Source: Patescibacteria group bacterium (GTDB lineage: Bacteria; Patescibacteriota; Patescibacteriia; SG8-24). From it: a stretch of 64,000 nucleotides of DNA. A model generated the notes under the pieces. It was not told the DNA's origin, did no database searches, and saw only the letters and a program-made list of their open reading frames with translations. This document shows, one piece after another, positions 1 through 9,154 of the stretch (within the stretch, counting starts at the first letter, position 1; the number at the start of each line of letters is the position of its first letter). Where the stretch lies: assembly GCA_041667185.1 (NCBI GenBank), contig JBAYFM010000005.1:9285-73284 (forward strand). Reading direction: 5' to 3'. A program made the position numbers and the translations under genes.

Positions 1-641
1 ACACTCTCCACGACCGCGTGGATGTCGAAAAGACGAACTGGTACATCACCTTCGACGAACCCGAACGGAAGAACTTCTTCCCGGCCAAGGTCGTCGGCGT
101 AGGCTTTCAGCATCGCGGCGATGACTTCTCGGTCTTCGAGGTAACCCTCGACGATGTGATCCCGGTCATCGGACTCGCCGAACATGATCCGGTCCTGGGC
201 GAGGACGTCAGTAACTTCGCCTCGCCGCTCGGTCTAGGCAAGCAGCTGTTCCGCGGTCACATCAGCATGGAAGCGCTCGATCGCCCGATCATCGACGGCG
301 ACATCAACTGGAAAGGCGCAACGCTCCTGCAGATGAGCTCCGGACCCGGTTCCTCGGGATCGTCCATCGTCAGCCGCCACCAAAAAGGCATCGTTGCCTT
401 CCTCGTCGGCGTGATCGCTGTCAGCAACTCGCCTAACATCGTGTCCATCCCGGTAAGCAAGTTCAAAAAGTTCTGGACCGAAGTCCAAGCTGGTACCTAC
501 AAGTGGTATAAGCAGGACGATGCCGCCGCAGCCGCCGGAACTTCGAAGTCGAAGGTCGACAAGCTCTGGAAACGCATCCATGTCGACGGTATCATCTACA
601 CCATCGGCAACGACGAACTCGATGAATCTTCCCAACCCTGA
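1..641 (+). CDS. putative trypsin-like serine protease domain protein (5' end outside window)
   Basis: Frame is open to the window edge. Gly/Ser-rich SSGPGSSGSS stretch resembles a protease active-site serine region. A terminator follows. Confidence 0.4.
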   Translation, partial: TLHDRVDVEKTNWYITFDEPERKNFFPAKVVGVGFQHRGDDFSVFEVTLDDVIPVIGLAEHDPVLGEDVSNFASPLGLGKQLFRGHISMEALDRPIIDGDINWKGATLLQMSSGPGSSGSSIVSRHQKGIVAFLVGVIAVSNSPNIVSIPVSKFKKFWTEVQAGTYKWYKQDDAAAAAGTSKSKVDKLWKRIHVDGIIYTIGNDELDESSQP

Positions 642-676
642 TCGGAGCCAGCTACCAAGCCGCCCCGCCACAGCCG

Positions 677-707
677 CCCCTCGCGCACCAGCGAGGGGAT
701 TTTTTTA
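677..707 (+). terminator. rho-independent terminator
   Basis: Hairpin CCCCTCGC-gcacca-GCGAGGGG followed by a T7 tract. Confidence 0.55.
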
Positions 708-785
708 TCCCGACCAAACGCCCGCGCCGACGATCAAAAAACCGGTCCCGCGCGGGACCGGCGCCATCATTCATCAGGATCGCGT

Positions 786-1319
786 TCACCTGATCGGCAG
801 AAAAATATCGTCGCAATCGTAACCGTTCAAAGCGCCACCATTCGGCCCGAATGACAACACTGCGACTGTCTGCGGCTGGACGGTCTTGGTCGCACAATTA
901 TCATAAGGCACGTAATCCGGATCGAACCAATAATCGTGGCTCCAGGGATCCTGCGCGATGTTCAAATACGGACCCGTCCAATTTTGGACATCCTTGGCGC
1001 TCCAAAAACAACCATTGCCCTGATCGCCGACCACCGGACTCGCGAGAAGACCGGCTTGGACGCCGGTGATCAGAACTTCGGGATTAGCGACCTGATTCGG
1101 CCGACAACCGTTGGGCCATTTGCCGGTATCGGATTCGAGCAGCGTGATCGCCGTCCGGATCTGTTTCAGATCCCCCAGCGCCTTGTTGTGCTGTGCCAAA
1201 GCGCGCGCCCGGACCGTACTTATGACAGCCAGAGTCGACAAAACACCGATGATGCTGATGACCACCAAAAGTTCAATGAGAGTGAAAGCTTTTCTGCTGG
1301 ATCTGAAATATCTGGACAT
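786..1319 (-). CDS. type IV pilin / pseudopilin-like protein with prepilin N-terminal methylation domain
   Basis: N-terminus RKAFTLIELLVVISIIGVL is a prepilin cleavage/methylation motif followed by a hydrophobic helix. Confidence 0.7.
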   Translation of the reverse strand: MSRYFRSSRKAFTLIELLVVISIIGVLSTLAVISTVRARALAQHNKALGDLKQIRTAITLLESDTGKWPNGCRPNQVANPEVLITGVQAGLLASPVVGDQGNGCFWSAKDVQNWTGPYLNIAQDPWSHDYWFDPDYVPYDNCATKTVQPQTVAVLSFGPNGGALNGYDCDDIFLPIR

Positions 1320-1346
1320 ACGCCGCCATTCCCGGCCGACGCCGTC

Positions 1347-1742
1347 CTATTTCACCCCGTGGCCGAACTCCTCGTCTTCTTCATCAGCGTCAGCATCGGC
1401 CTTGGTCTTATGGGTGCGGCCGTCAATATGATTCGGCGGAGCGTAAAGCGTATAGACCTTGAGCGGCTCCGTGCCGGTGTTCACGAAATTATGCTCCGTG
1501 CCGGGAGTCACGATGACGACATCGCCAGGAGCGATCGGCGACCGCTGGCCGTTCAGGATTGTTTCGCCATGACCTGACAGGAAGAACAGTGTCTGCTCGA
1601 CGTTCGGATGCGTTTCCTTGCCGATCTCGCCGCCTGGCGGAATAGCCATGACCACAAGCTGACTCTTCTGGCCGGTGAACAAGACCTGACGGAACAGGTC
1701 GTTCGCTTTCGTCAGATTGATGATATTTCCGATGTAACTCAT
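1347..1742 (-). CDS. cupin domain protein
   Basis: PPGGEIGKETHP...FFLSGHGE cupin metal-binding motifs, ~130 aa. Confidence 0.6.
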   Translation of the reverse strand: MSYIGNIINLTKANDLFRQVLFTGQKSQLVVMAIPPGGEIGKETHPNVEQTLFFLSGHGETILNGQRSPIAPGDVVIVTPGTEHNFVNTGTEPLKVYTLYAPPNHIDGRTHKTKADADADEEDEEFGHGVK

Positions 1743-1873
1743 ATGAGATTGATGAATACTTACCGCGCAAGTATATCATACCGTATCTCAAAAAACATCG
1801 CCGCTTCCAACCGCGATCCGGAATGAAAGATAAAAAAACCGCCAAGCTCAGCTTGGCGGCTGGGGGAGGACGG

Positions 1874-3076
1874 TCAGTGAAGGTCGAAATCCACGACGAC
1901 GCCGTAATGATCGGACATGTTAGTCTGAACCTGTTGGCTCGTCCAATCCAGGATACTGACCGTCTGATCAAAGACACGGAAAGCCTGCAGCGGTTCGAGG
2001 CCGCCTCCTTTCGGCGGATTGCGAACCAGCGCGTGATCGATCAGGATGTTGCTTTTGGAGACGTTCAGATAATTGCTGTCGCAGCAGCTGCAGAACGCCG
2101 GTTCGGCGTATTCCACCGGACTGACGAAACCGAGATCTGCGGTCAGTTTCCATGACGACCACATGAGCGCGGCATTGACCGGATCATTGCGCTGGCCGAA
2201 ATTCATGTCGCCGATGAGGAGCTCTGGGCGCCCCTCTGAACGGAACTTCAGCTTCTCGGAGATCAGCTCGATCTGCGCGCGCTGCTCGTCGCTCCAATCG
2301 CTGAAGGCCGGATGGGTCGGCGAGACGTCATTCCTGGACGACAGATGCGTGCAGGCCACTTCGACGGAGCCATGGCCGGGAACTTCGACCCTGGCCATGA
2401 GAGCGACGCGATTGGCGCCGCTCGATGGCAGATGTTCGACGCCCTTATCGATGAGCGGCCAACGCGAGGCCAAAATGATGCCATTGCGCCCGCCGTAGGT
2501 CCTGGAAGCGCCGGCGCCCGCGCCAGTGCAAGTCTCGACGACCTCGGAAGCGCTTTTGCCGGCGCAGGCCGTGAGACAATTCAGGCAAGACCGCGAGTGC
2601 AGGTAGAGCTGGATGCCGCTCGCCAGACATTTTCTGGCGGCGCAGGCCGTGAACTCTTCCGCTGGTTCGCTGCCGCAATTCTTCTGGGCGCAAGCCAATA
2701 TATCGTCGATCTCGCCGTCCGCGCAGCGATCCTTGCCGGTCTCGCCTTCGCCCTCGGTCTCGACGTAATAGACATTCTCCGGCGGCAAAGCAAGCGCGGC
2801 GACGATCGCGTCCCGGGCCTCTTTGGTCCAGACCTCTTGCAGGCAGACGAGGTCGAAATCCGAGTACGCCACGGCTTCGGCCACAAGCGCGATGCGTTGC
2901 GTGGCGAACGGCACGATCCCCGGCGCCAGGCCGGCGTTGAATGTCAGAGTCCTGAACAACGGTCTTTCCAGACTGGAAGCCATGGCCGGGATCGGCCGCA
3001 TGAGCTCCATTCTGGAAGCGGCGCAAGCCGAACAGACCACGACTGAAACAACGGACAGGGGGAGCAAAGATCTCAT
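1874..3076 (-). CDS. secreted endonuclease/exonuclease/phosphatase (EEP) family hydrolase with Cys-rich insert
   Basis: Signal peptide. FDLVCLQEV and SDHYGV EEP motifs. Internal segment of ~70 aa with more than 10 Cys. Confidence 0.65.
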   Translation of the reverse strand: MRSLLPLSVVSVVVCSACAASRMELMRPIPAMASSLERPLFRTLTFNAGLAPGIVPFATQRIALVAEAVAYSDFDLVCLQEVWTKEARDAIVAALALPPENVYYVETEGEGETGKDRCADGEIDDILACAQKNCGSEPAEEFTACAARKCLASGIQLYLHSRSCLNCLTACAGKSASEVVETCTGAGAGASRTYGGRNGIILASRWPLIDKGVEHLPSSGANRVALMARVEVPGHGSVEVACTHLSSRNDVSPTHPAFSDWSDEQRAQIELISEKLKFRSEGRPELLIGDMNFGQRNDPVNAALMWSSWKLTADLGFVSPVEYAEPAFCSCCDSNYLNVSKSNILIDHALVRNPPKGGGLEPLQAFRVFDQTVSILDWTSQQVQTNMSDHYGVVVDFDLH

Positions 3077-3236
3077 AGCGCCACCTCCGGTGACAAACTG
3101 GCCTGCCTTTTATTTCCAATGAAAAGAACAACAGGACACCATAGACCCCGGCGAATATAAGGTCAAGGCAGGTGCTTGTTTATGACGATATTTTATCTAG
3201 AATAAGCAAAATCAGCCGCCAAAATTACTTTTTTGC

Positions 3237-4178
3237 TCACTGGATGATCCGATACTCGTCCGGCTGCAAAGACAACGCCTGCGCGATCTGCGGAATATGC
3301 TCCGCGAGGCCTCTGCCCATAAAGACCAGTTTCGTCGGGCCGGAATATCTTTCCAGCTGCGCGAAATCGCAGCGGCCGAAGACGCAATTCGCGAGTTCGA
3401 TCCCCGCCGGCGTGCGCACCAGGCCTTTGATGCGATAAAAATATTCCGGCGGCAGGCCCTTGAACAACGCTTCGACAGCCGCGCGTTCATAACTCCGATC
3501 GGTCACGATCTGAAAAACTTCGACCTCGCGTTCGTGGTGTTCCGGATCGCGCCCCCGCTCGGCGAGCGCGACCTCTTCGGCTTTGGCGAACAGCCGCGAA
3601 TCGATGCCGAAGATGACGTCTGGACTCACCCGCCCGTGGTTGGTCTTGATCTTCGGCGTGGTCAGATTCAGCTCGTAAACGTCGTCGAGCGCGGTCTCGA
3701 GCTGGCGCTCGGTCAGAAGTTCGTGCTTGTTCACGAGGATCAGGTCCGTATACTGGGCCTGGATCTTCGCAGTGAAACTCTTATCGCGGTAGCCGGTGAA
3801 ATTCAGCACGTCGATCACGGTCACGATGCCATCGAGTTTCAAGGTCTGCGGATGACGATGGATCTCGACGGCGATCGGCGCCGGATAAGCCGAGCCGGAG
3901 GTCTCGACGATGATCCGGTCCGGATCGTATTTGGCGACGATCTCCTCGAGCGCCTCGCCGAGCCGGCCGACGAGCACACAGCACAAACAGCCGTTCAGGA
4001 TCTGCTGGACCTCGATATTGCTTTCCTTGGCGAGCTGGGAATCGACGTCCAGGTCGCCGAACTCGTTCTTCAGCCAGACGCAACGATAGGACGCCGGCAG
4101 CTGCTTGATCAGATTCAGGATGATGGTCGTCTTGCCGCTTCCTAGGTAGCCGGTGAAGACGGTGATGGGCGTGGGCAT
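3237..4178 (-). CDS. CobW/COG0523 G3E-family metallochaperone GTPase
   Basis: GYLGSGKTT Walker A. GCLCCV CxCC motif. CobW C-terminal-like region. Confidence 0.75.
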   Translation of the reverse strand: MPTPITVFTGYLGSGKTTIILNLIKQLPASYRCVWLKNEFGDLDVDSQLAKESNIEVQQILNGCLCCVLVGRLGEALEEIVAKYDPDRIIVETSGSAYPAPIAVEIHRHPQTLKLDGIVTVIDVLNFTGYRDKSFTAKIQAQYTDLILVNKHELLTERQLETALDDVYELNLTTPKIKTNHGRVSPDVIFGIDSRLFAKAEEVALAERGRDPEHHEREVEVFQIVTDRSYERAAVEALFKGLPPEYFYRIKGLVRTPAGIELANCVFGRCDFAQLERYSGPTKLVFMGRGLAEHIPQIAQALSLQPDEYRIIQ

Positions 4179-4202
4179 AATTCAGTGTTGACGGCTGCTC
4201 GA

Positions 4203-4664
4203 CTATTTATCCTCCGGTGCGGCGACGAGCAGCCAGCGAACATTCCGGCGGCGATGCCGACCATACCAGCGGCTGGTGAAATCTTTCATTCCGAGACGGT
4301 AACCGGAGCCGAGATCCGGATCATTCAGGATCAGTTTGCCATTCTCCAAGCCGATCACCACCGCGTAGTGACTGATCCCCTCTTCCGGCTCGCGATAATT
4401 GACGATTGCCGGTCGGCCGGCGGCCAGAGAGCGGCGCAGATCAGAAACATTGGCATTGCAGGCGGTCCGAACCCGAAGTCCGAAACTTCGGAGTCCGCGT
4501 GCCAGATCCGGACGCCGCGTGCCTGACCGGGAATTCGTATTCAACAGGACGCGAAGCCGCCGCTCGGAAACTCGCTGGCCCCAGAAACTCAAAATCATCC
4601 TCGCAGCCGCGGGGCCGCAGGTGAAGTCCGTGCTTTGGCGATGATACGGCACCTTCAGTTTCAT
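4203..4664 (-). CDS. peptidase C39-like (papain-fold cysteine peptidase) domain protein
   Basis: YHRQSTDFTCGPAAARMIL catalytic Cys region and downstream SHYAVVIG His region typical of C39-like domains. TATAAT immediately upstream of the ATG (possible leaderless transcript). Confidence 0.6.
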   Translation of the reverse strand: MKLKVPYHRQSTDFTCGPAAARMILSFWGQRVSERRLRVLLNTNSRSGTRRPDLARGLRSFGLRVRTACNANVSDLRRSLAAGRPAIVNYREPEEGISHYAVVIGLENGKLILNDPDLGSGYRLGMKDFTSRWYGRHRRRNVRWLLVAAPEDK

Positions 4665-4687
4665 ATGTATATTATATCATCTGTGGA

Positions 4688-4880
4688 CGGGTGGAGTTAG
4701 GGAGAGGTGGAGAGTGCTGAAGTGCGGGAGTGCTGGAGTTTTTATCGGGTCTCCCGCACTCCCCCACTCCTGCACTCTCCCGTTCGTTGAATCGGGGAGA
4801 GACGAAGAGGCGGAGTCAGATAAGCACTCTGACTCCGTCTCTCCCTGACTCCGTCTCTCCCACACTCCCTCACCCCCTCA
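4688..4880. repeat. dispersed composite inverted-repeat element, copy A
   Basis: Module 1 has GGAGTGCTG/GGAGTGCGGGAG arms around a TTTTTATCGGGTCTCCC core. Module 2 has GAGACGGAGTCAG arms. Same family as copies at 33.5, 35.0, 40.9, 42.8, 52.7 and 53.7 kb. Confidence 0.65.
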
Positions 4881-4881
4881 C

Positions 4882-5628
4882 CTACGCCACCCTCGTCAGC
4901 GGCCCGAAATGATGAACGACATCCTTGCGTTCGACGACGATCTCCCAGCCCCGCCGCCGCGCGTGGCGGTAGAGCACCATGTTCGGATTGAAACAGATCG
5001 GCTGCTCCACGAGCTGCAGGAACCGGATGTCGGATTGCGTGTCGCCCACCCCGATCGATCCCTTGAGCGTCAGATCGTTCCGGGCGATGGCGCGGCGCAG
5101 GATGACCGCCTTGTCCGAGATCATGTCCAGGAACAGCGTCGTGCCGGTGAACCGGTTGTTCTTATCCACTTCGTAGATGCGGCCATAGACCTTGTCGAAG
5201 CCGAGCTTGGCGCAGAACGGTTTCAGCACCTCGCGCGGCGAATTGGAGATGGCCAGCAGGAAATAGCCTTTCTTCTTCAGGTCGCGCACGAGGTCGCGGG
5301 TATAGCGGTAGACGCGGTCCTTGTGGAAATCAACCACGCGCTCGGCGACGCGCATGAACACATCGCTGTCCACGCCTTTGATATGACCCTCGAAAGCCTT
5401 GATGACCCCGCCGATGTAATCATCGTAGTGCCCGGTGCGGTCGAGCCAGCGCTGGTAGGGCTTTTCATACATCTTGCGCAGCTTCTTCTTGAAGATGCCG
5501 GCGTGGATCAAAGCCTCGGTGATCTCGATGAGCAGGCTCGATCTGAAGATCGTACCGTCGATGTCGAAGATCGCCACTTTGCGCTGGCCGGAGGCTTTTT
5601 TCGGCTTAACGATGGTCTTTTTAGCCAT
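4882..5628 (-). CDS. HAD-superfamily hydrolase (HAD-IB / phosphoserine phosphatase-like)
   Basis: IFDIDGTI motif I (DxDGT). GVGDTQSD motif IV. Confidence 0.7.
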   Translation of the reverse strand: MAKKTIVKPKKASGQRKVAIFDIDGTIFRSSLLIEITEALIHAGIFKKKLRKMYEKPYQRWLDRTGHYDDYIGGVIKAFEGHIKGVDSDVFMRVAERVVDFHKDRVYRYTRDLVRDLKKKGYFLLAISNSPREVLKPFCAKLGFDKVYGRIYEVDKNNRFTGTTLFLDMISDKAVILRRAIARNDLTLKGSIGVGDTQSDIRFLQLVEQPICFNPNMVLYRHARRRGWEIVVERKDVVHHFGPLTRVA

Positions 5629-5777
5629 AAGTCGCTGGTCTTAGATTAACTTATCTTCATTATGTCGGTTCTCCCGGCCTGACGCAACCCGGACCGCGGA
5701 CAGCCTTGATTTATCGCCCCGGCCATGGCAGGCTGGGACCAGTTCATTTCTGAGCCCTTTCCCAAAGGAGAAACCTG

Positions 5778-6416
5778 ATGACGTTCAAACGTTGGTTCCT
5801 GTTTCTGATAGCCGCGGCATTCCTCTGCTTCTACGGAATATTGGCAGTCGTCGGCCTGCAGATGAAACAGCTCGAAAAAAATCTGGATGCCATCAGTAAG
5901 CAGATCGACCTGCTCGATAGTTCGATCTCCGCCGGCATGAGCGATCTCGACAGCCTGAACGGCTTCACCCTGAACCGCAATCAGCTCGATCTGATCGAGG
6001 GCTTGTCCCCAGCCGAGATCACCGGTTCCAGCTCGAATCATATCGTGCTGCCGGTCGACCAGCGGCTCATGAACGTCGTCTGGCTCTGCGAAGACCAGAA
6101 ACCTTGCGAGCCCTGGTTCCTGCTTCGCACCATGCAACTCAACGCCGTGGCCAAAAATTACCTGGTCTGGTCGCCGGACCTCGGAGTCAAGTACTTCATC
6201 TCCGAGAATCGCGACTCCGGTTACTGGCGCACCGAGAATATAGGCGTCCACCGATTGCCCATAGAACAACGTCTGGTCAGCGTGAGCTGGATCTGTCCGC
6301 CGGACGCGCCCTGCGAACTGTACCCGGTCACGCGCCACATGGAGCGCGGCGAACAGGCTCGTGGCTACACTTTCACTGACGGACATCGCGCTTTCTATAT
6401 CTGGGAAACCGAATGA
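5778..6416 (+). CDS. hypothetical membrane-anchored protein with internal duplicated Cys-containing module
   Basis: SD AAAGGAG upstream. N-terminal TM. HIVLPVDQRLMNVVWLCEDQKPCEPW and HRLPIEQRLVSVSWICPPDAPCELY are paralogous halves. Confidence 0.55.
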   Translation: MTFKRWFLFLIAAAFLCFYGILAVVGLQMKQLEKNLDAISKQIDLLDSSISAGMSDLDSLNGFTLNRNQLDLIEGLSPAEITGSSSNHIVLPVDQRLMNVVWLCEDQKPCEPWFLLRTMQLNAVAKNYLVWSPDLGVKYFISENRDSGYWRTENIGVHRLPIEQRLVSVSWICPPDAPCELYPVTRHMERGEQARGYTFTDGHRAFYIWETE

Positions 6417-6436
6417 CCAAAACGTCTCATAACTAA

Positions 6437-6468
6437 AGCCGGCCCCTGCTCGGGGACCGGCTTTTTTA
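6437..6468 (+). terminator. rho-independent terminator
   Basis: GCCGGCCCC-tgct-CGGGGACCGGC hairpin followed by a T6 tract. Lies between convergent genes. Confidence 0.5.
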
Positions 6469-6491
6469 TTTACTCGCTGAAACCACGGCCT

Positions 6492-7271
6492 CTACGGCGT
6501 CACCGGCTGCGGCTCCGCGGCGGTTCCGAGTACAGCCTTGAGATCGGCACGCGCTTTCTCCACAGCAGTCTTCCAATCGGTCATAGCCTTCTCGACCGCG
6601 GCGCGGCGGGTCTCGTTCAGCTTGACGACGTCCGGTCCGACCTTAGCGGCAGCCTGAACAGCCATCCGCATGTCGGCGCGAGCCTGCTCGACCGCGGCGC
6701 GCAACGTCTCGCGGACCAGCGTCTGGTCGGCCGAGGTCGAGCCACAACTCGCCTTGGCCGCGTCCTCGGCAGCCTTCATATCGCTCTGGAATTTTTTGAC
6801 CGCGGCGTCAATAGCGGTCTTGCGAGCGGCCTTGGCCGCGTCGATCCCCTGGCGAAAAGCCGTATTGGCGGCATCGACGGCGGCGCGCCTAACTTCGCCG
6901 GCGGTCCGGATCGCCGACTGAAACGCCATGATCGCCGTCTTTTGGGCGTCGCCGACGAACTTAACCTGCAGCCGCGCCGCGACCTCGACGCTCTTGGCAT
7001 CCTGTCCCGCGCGCAATTCCATGAGCTGTGCATCGCGTTCGCCGCGGCGCGTGGTCATTTGCTTGTCGACCTCGGCGCGTTTGGCGCCGAGACGCAAGGC
7101 ACGTTCGGCAATCTTGGCCGCGAACCGTTCACTGGCCAAGCGGGAATTCAAAGCCGTACAAAAATTACGCTGTCCGGACGCTGTGGGTGCCGGCTGCTGC
7201 GCCAGGACCGCGAGCGGCAGAATCACGCCGATAGTCAAACCGGCCGCGATCAAAAATTTATTTGACCTCAT
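6492..7271 (-). CDS. secreted Ala-rich alpha-helical hypothetical protein
   Basis: Start chosen at MRSNKFLIAAGLTIGVILPLAVLAQQ (signal peptide). Low-complexity A/K/E-rich body. Confidence 0.5.
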   Translation of the reverse strand: MRSNKFLIAAGLTIGVILPLAVLAQQPAPTASGQRNFCTALNSRLASERFAAKIAERALRLGAKRAEVDKQMTTRRGERDAQLMELRAGQDAKSVEVAARLQVKFVGDAQKTAIMAFQSAIRTAGEVRRAAVDAANTAFRQGIDAAKAARKTAIDAAVKKFQSDMKAAEDAAKASCGSTSADQTLVRETLRAAVEQARADMRMAVQAAAKVGPDVVKLNETRRAAVEKAMTDWKTAVEKARADLKAVLGTAAEPQPVTP

Positions 7272-7536
7272 AGACGGATTCGCTGAAAGCCTGGACCTCG
7301 CCGTCCGCGGCATTTAATTGATTCATCTCGCCCGCCTCGCCCTCCAGGACTCCGGCCTCGCCGTCGGCGTCGTTGAGGATGGCATCGACATTGCTGTCCA
7401 CCGGATCGATCTTCGCCTCCTGTTGGATCGCCGGCAGCGTCGTGGTCGATTCCGGCGGAGTCGTCTTTGATTCGCAACCGGCTCCCACCGCGATGAGTCC
7501 GGCCAGAGTCGCCGTAATTAGCAGTTTATTCCTCAT
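7258..7536 (-). CDS. small acidic lipoprotein (hypothetical)
   Basis: Signal peptide with lipobox-like LIAVGAGC. D/E-rich mature part. Confidence 0.5.
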   Translation of the reverse strand: MRNKLLITATLAGLIAVGAGCESKTTPPESTTTLPAIQQEAKIDPVDSNVDAILNDADGEAGVLEGEAGEMNQLNAADGEVQAFSESVYEVK

Positions 7537-7592
7537 AAACGCCTAACGATTAAGTATTATTTCAAGATGATCATACCACAAAAATATCCGCC

Positions 7593-8336
7593 TTGGACAT
7601 CCGGCGCCGGGCGGCTATAATGACTCGACCTGTTCCGATCCGTCACCTGAACACCATGCCGATCAGACATTTAGGGATCATCCTCGACGGTAATCGCCGC
7701 TGGGCGAAAGCCCAAGGACTGCCGACGCTTGAAGGCCACCGCCGCGGCTACGAGAACCTGAAGACCATCGGTCTGGCGGCCCTCGACCGCGGCATCGAGC
7801 ATTTCTCAGTCTTCGTCTTTTCGACGGAGAACTGGCAGCGTTCCGCCGAAGAGGTCGGCTATCTCATGGACCTGCTGCTCCGGGCACTCACGAGCGAGGT
7901 CGGATTTTTCGTCGAGCACGGGGTGCGTTTGCGGATCATCGGCTCCCGCGACCGCCTGTCAGCGAAAATGATCGAGGCGATCGCCGCCGCGGAAAAAACA
8001 ACCGCCGCCGGACAACGCGGCCAGCTCAACCTCTGTCTGAACTATGGCGGCCGGCTCGAGATCGTCGAAGCCGTGAAAAAACTCATCGCCGACGGGATCG
8101 CGCCCGAAGCCGTCGATGAGGCCGCGATCGCGTCCCGGACCTGGTCGGCCGGCATCCCGGAACCAGATCTCATCATCCGCACCTCGGGCGAACAGCGCTT
8201 GTCCGGTTTCCTGACCTGGTCCGGCGTCTACAGCGAACTGCTTTTCGTAGACAAAAACTGGCCGGATTTTTCCATCGCCGACCTAGAGGACGCGATCGAG
8301 GATTTCAGCGAACGTGAACGGCGCTTCGGACGTTAA
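7593..8336 (+). CDS. uppS: undecaprenyl diphosphate synthase (isoprenyl transferase)
   Basis: ILDGNRRWA, FSTENW and RTSGEQRLSGFL motifs. N-terminus carries a duplicated PIRHL segment, so the true start may be ~7656. Confidence 0.85.
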   Translation: MDIRRRAAIMTRPVPIRHLNTMPIRHLGIILDGNRRWAKAQGLPTLEGHRRGYENLKTIGLAALDRGIEHFSVFVFSTENWQRSAEEVGYLMDLLLRALTSEVGFFVEHGVRLRIIGSRDRLSAKMIEAIAAAEKTTAAGQRGQLNLCLNYGGRLEIVEAVKKLIADGIAPEAVDEAAIASRTWSAGIPEPDLIIRTSGEQRLSGFLTWSGVYSELLFVDKNWPDFSIADLEDAIEDFSERERRFGR

Positions 8337-9154
8337 GCCTGGAGACTGGGCGACGACAGCTGCGGCTCCGGAGCCGGTTTTGGCGTTGCGGCTGCCGGAA
8401 CCGGAGCTGGCCGCAGCGCGCGCCAGTTCAGCCCGGCGGCCAAGAGATTGGCGGCGAGCAATCCGCCGATGAAGATCGTCGCTGGCTGGAACAGGATGGA
8501 CAGGAACGAACCGATCGCTGCGACGGCGGCGAACAGGAGCTGGCCGCGCGGCGCGAGCGGCGAAGTCCGCGGGTCGGTCAGCATGAAGAAGACGAAGAAC
8601 GATGAAATGCTGACATACAGATACAATTCCATCGTGAACGGCTGGCCGCTGAACCAGGATCTGGCGCCGAGCAAGCCGATGAAGACCGCGAGAAACGCCA
8701 GGATCTGGCGCCAGCGTCCGGTGAAGAAAGCCAGCAAGACCGAACCAGCGACGATCGTCAGCAGATGCGACGCGTCGATCCACCAGGAGAGCCTGACGCC
8801 CAGGAACAGGACGCCGCACAGCAATCCGAAAGCCGCCGGGTTGAAAATGTTCCGTCGCTGGATCTTCAGGAGATGTTTGGAGACGATCGCGATCGCCGTC
8901 ATTAGGACGACCGCGAACATGGAACTGCCGGGCGCCGCAACGCCAGCGATGATGAGCCCGGTGATGAGTCCTGATTCGGACAGCGCCAGACGGCGCGTGC
9001 GGCGATAACCGACGGCAGCCTCCAGGACCGCGGCCGTGCTGGCGGCGAGCAGTAGCTGCCACAGAATCGCTTCCGTTCCGAGCCGCCAGACGCTCGAGAC
9101 GGCAAGCAGCAGTATCAGCAGGATAGTGAGTTGTTTGACGTTCAATTTAGGCAT
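8333..9154 (-). CDS. polytopic membrane protein, last gene of the flavinylation module (possibly RnfD/NqrB-like, unverified)
   Basis: About 8 predicted TM helices. Overlaps the apbE stop by a few nt. Contains an NPAAFG motif. Confidence 0.5.
   Translation of the reverse strand: MPKLNVKQLTILLILLLAVSSVWRLGTEAILWQLLLAASTAAVLEAAVGYRRTRRLALSESGLITGLIIAGVAAPGSSMFAVVLMTAIAIVSKHLLKIQRRNIFNPAAFGLLCGVLFLGVRLSWWIDASHLLTIVAGSVLLAFFTGRWRQILAFLAVFIGLLGARSWFSGQPFTMELYLYVSISSFFVFFMLTDPRTSPLAPRGQLLFAAVAAIGSFLSILFQPATIFIGGLLAANLLAAGLNWRALRPAPVPAAATPKPAPEPQLSSPSLQA

Noticed and set aside
7593-7660. Duplicated PIRHL segment at the UppS N-terminus as a separate feature
   Set aside because: It probably reflects start-codon ambiguity or a short in-frame duplication. 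It has no functional implication that can be assessed.
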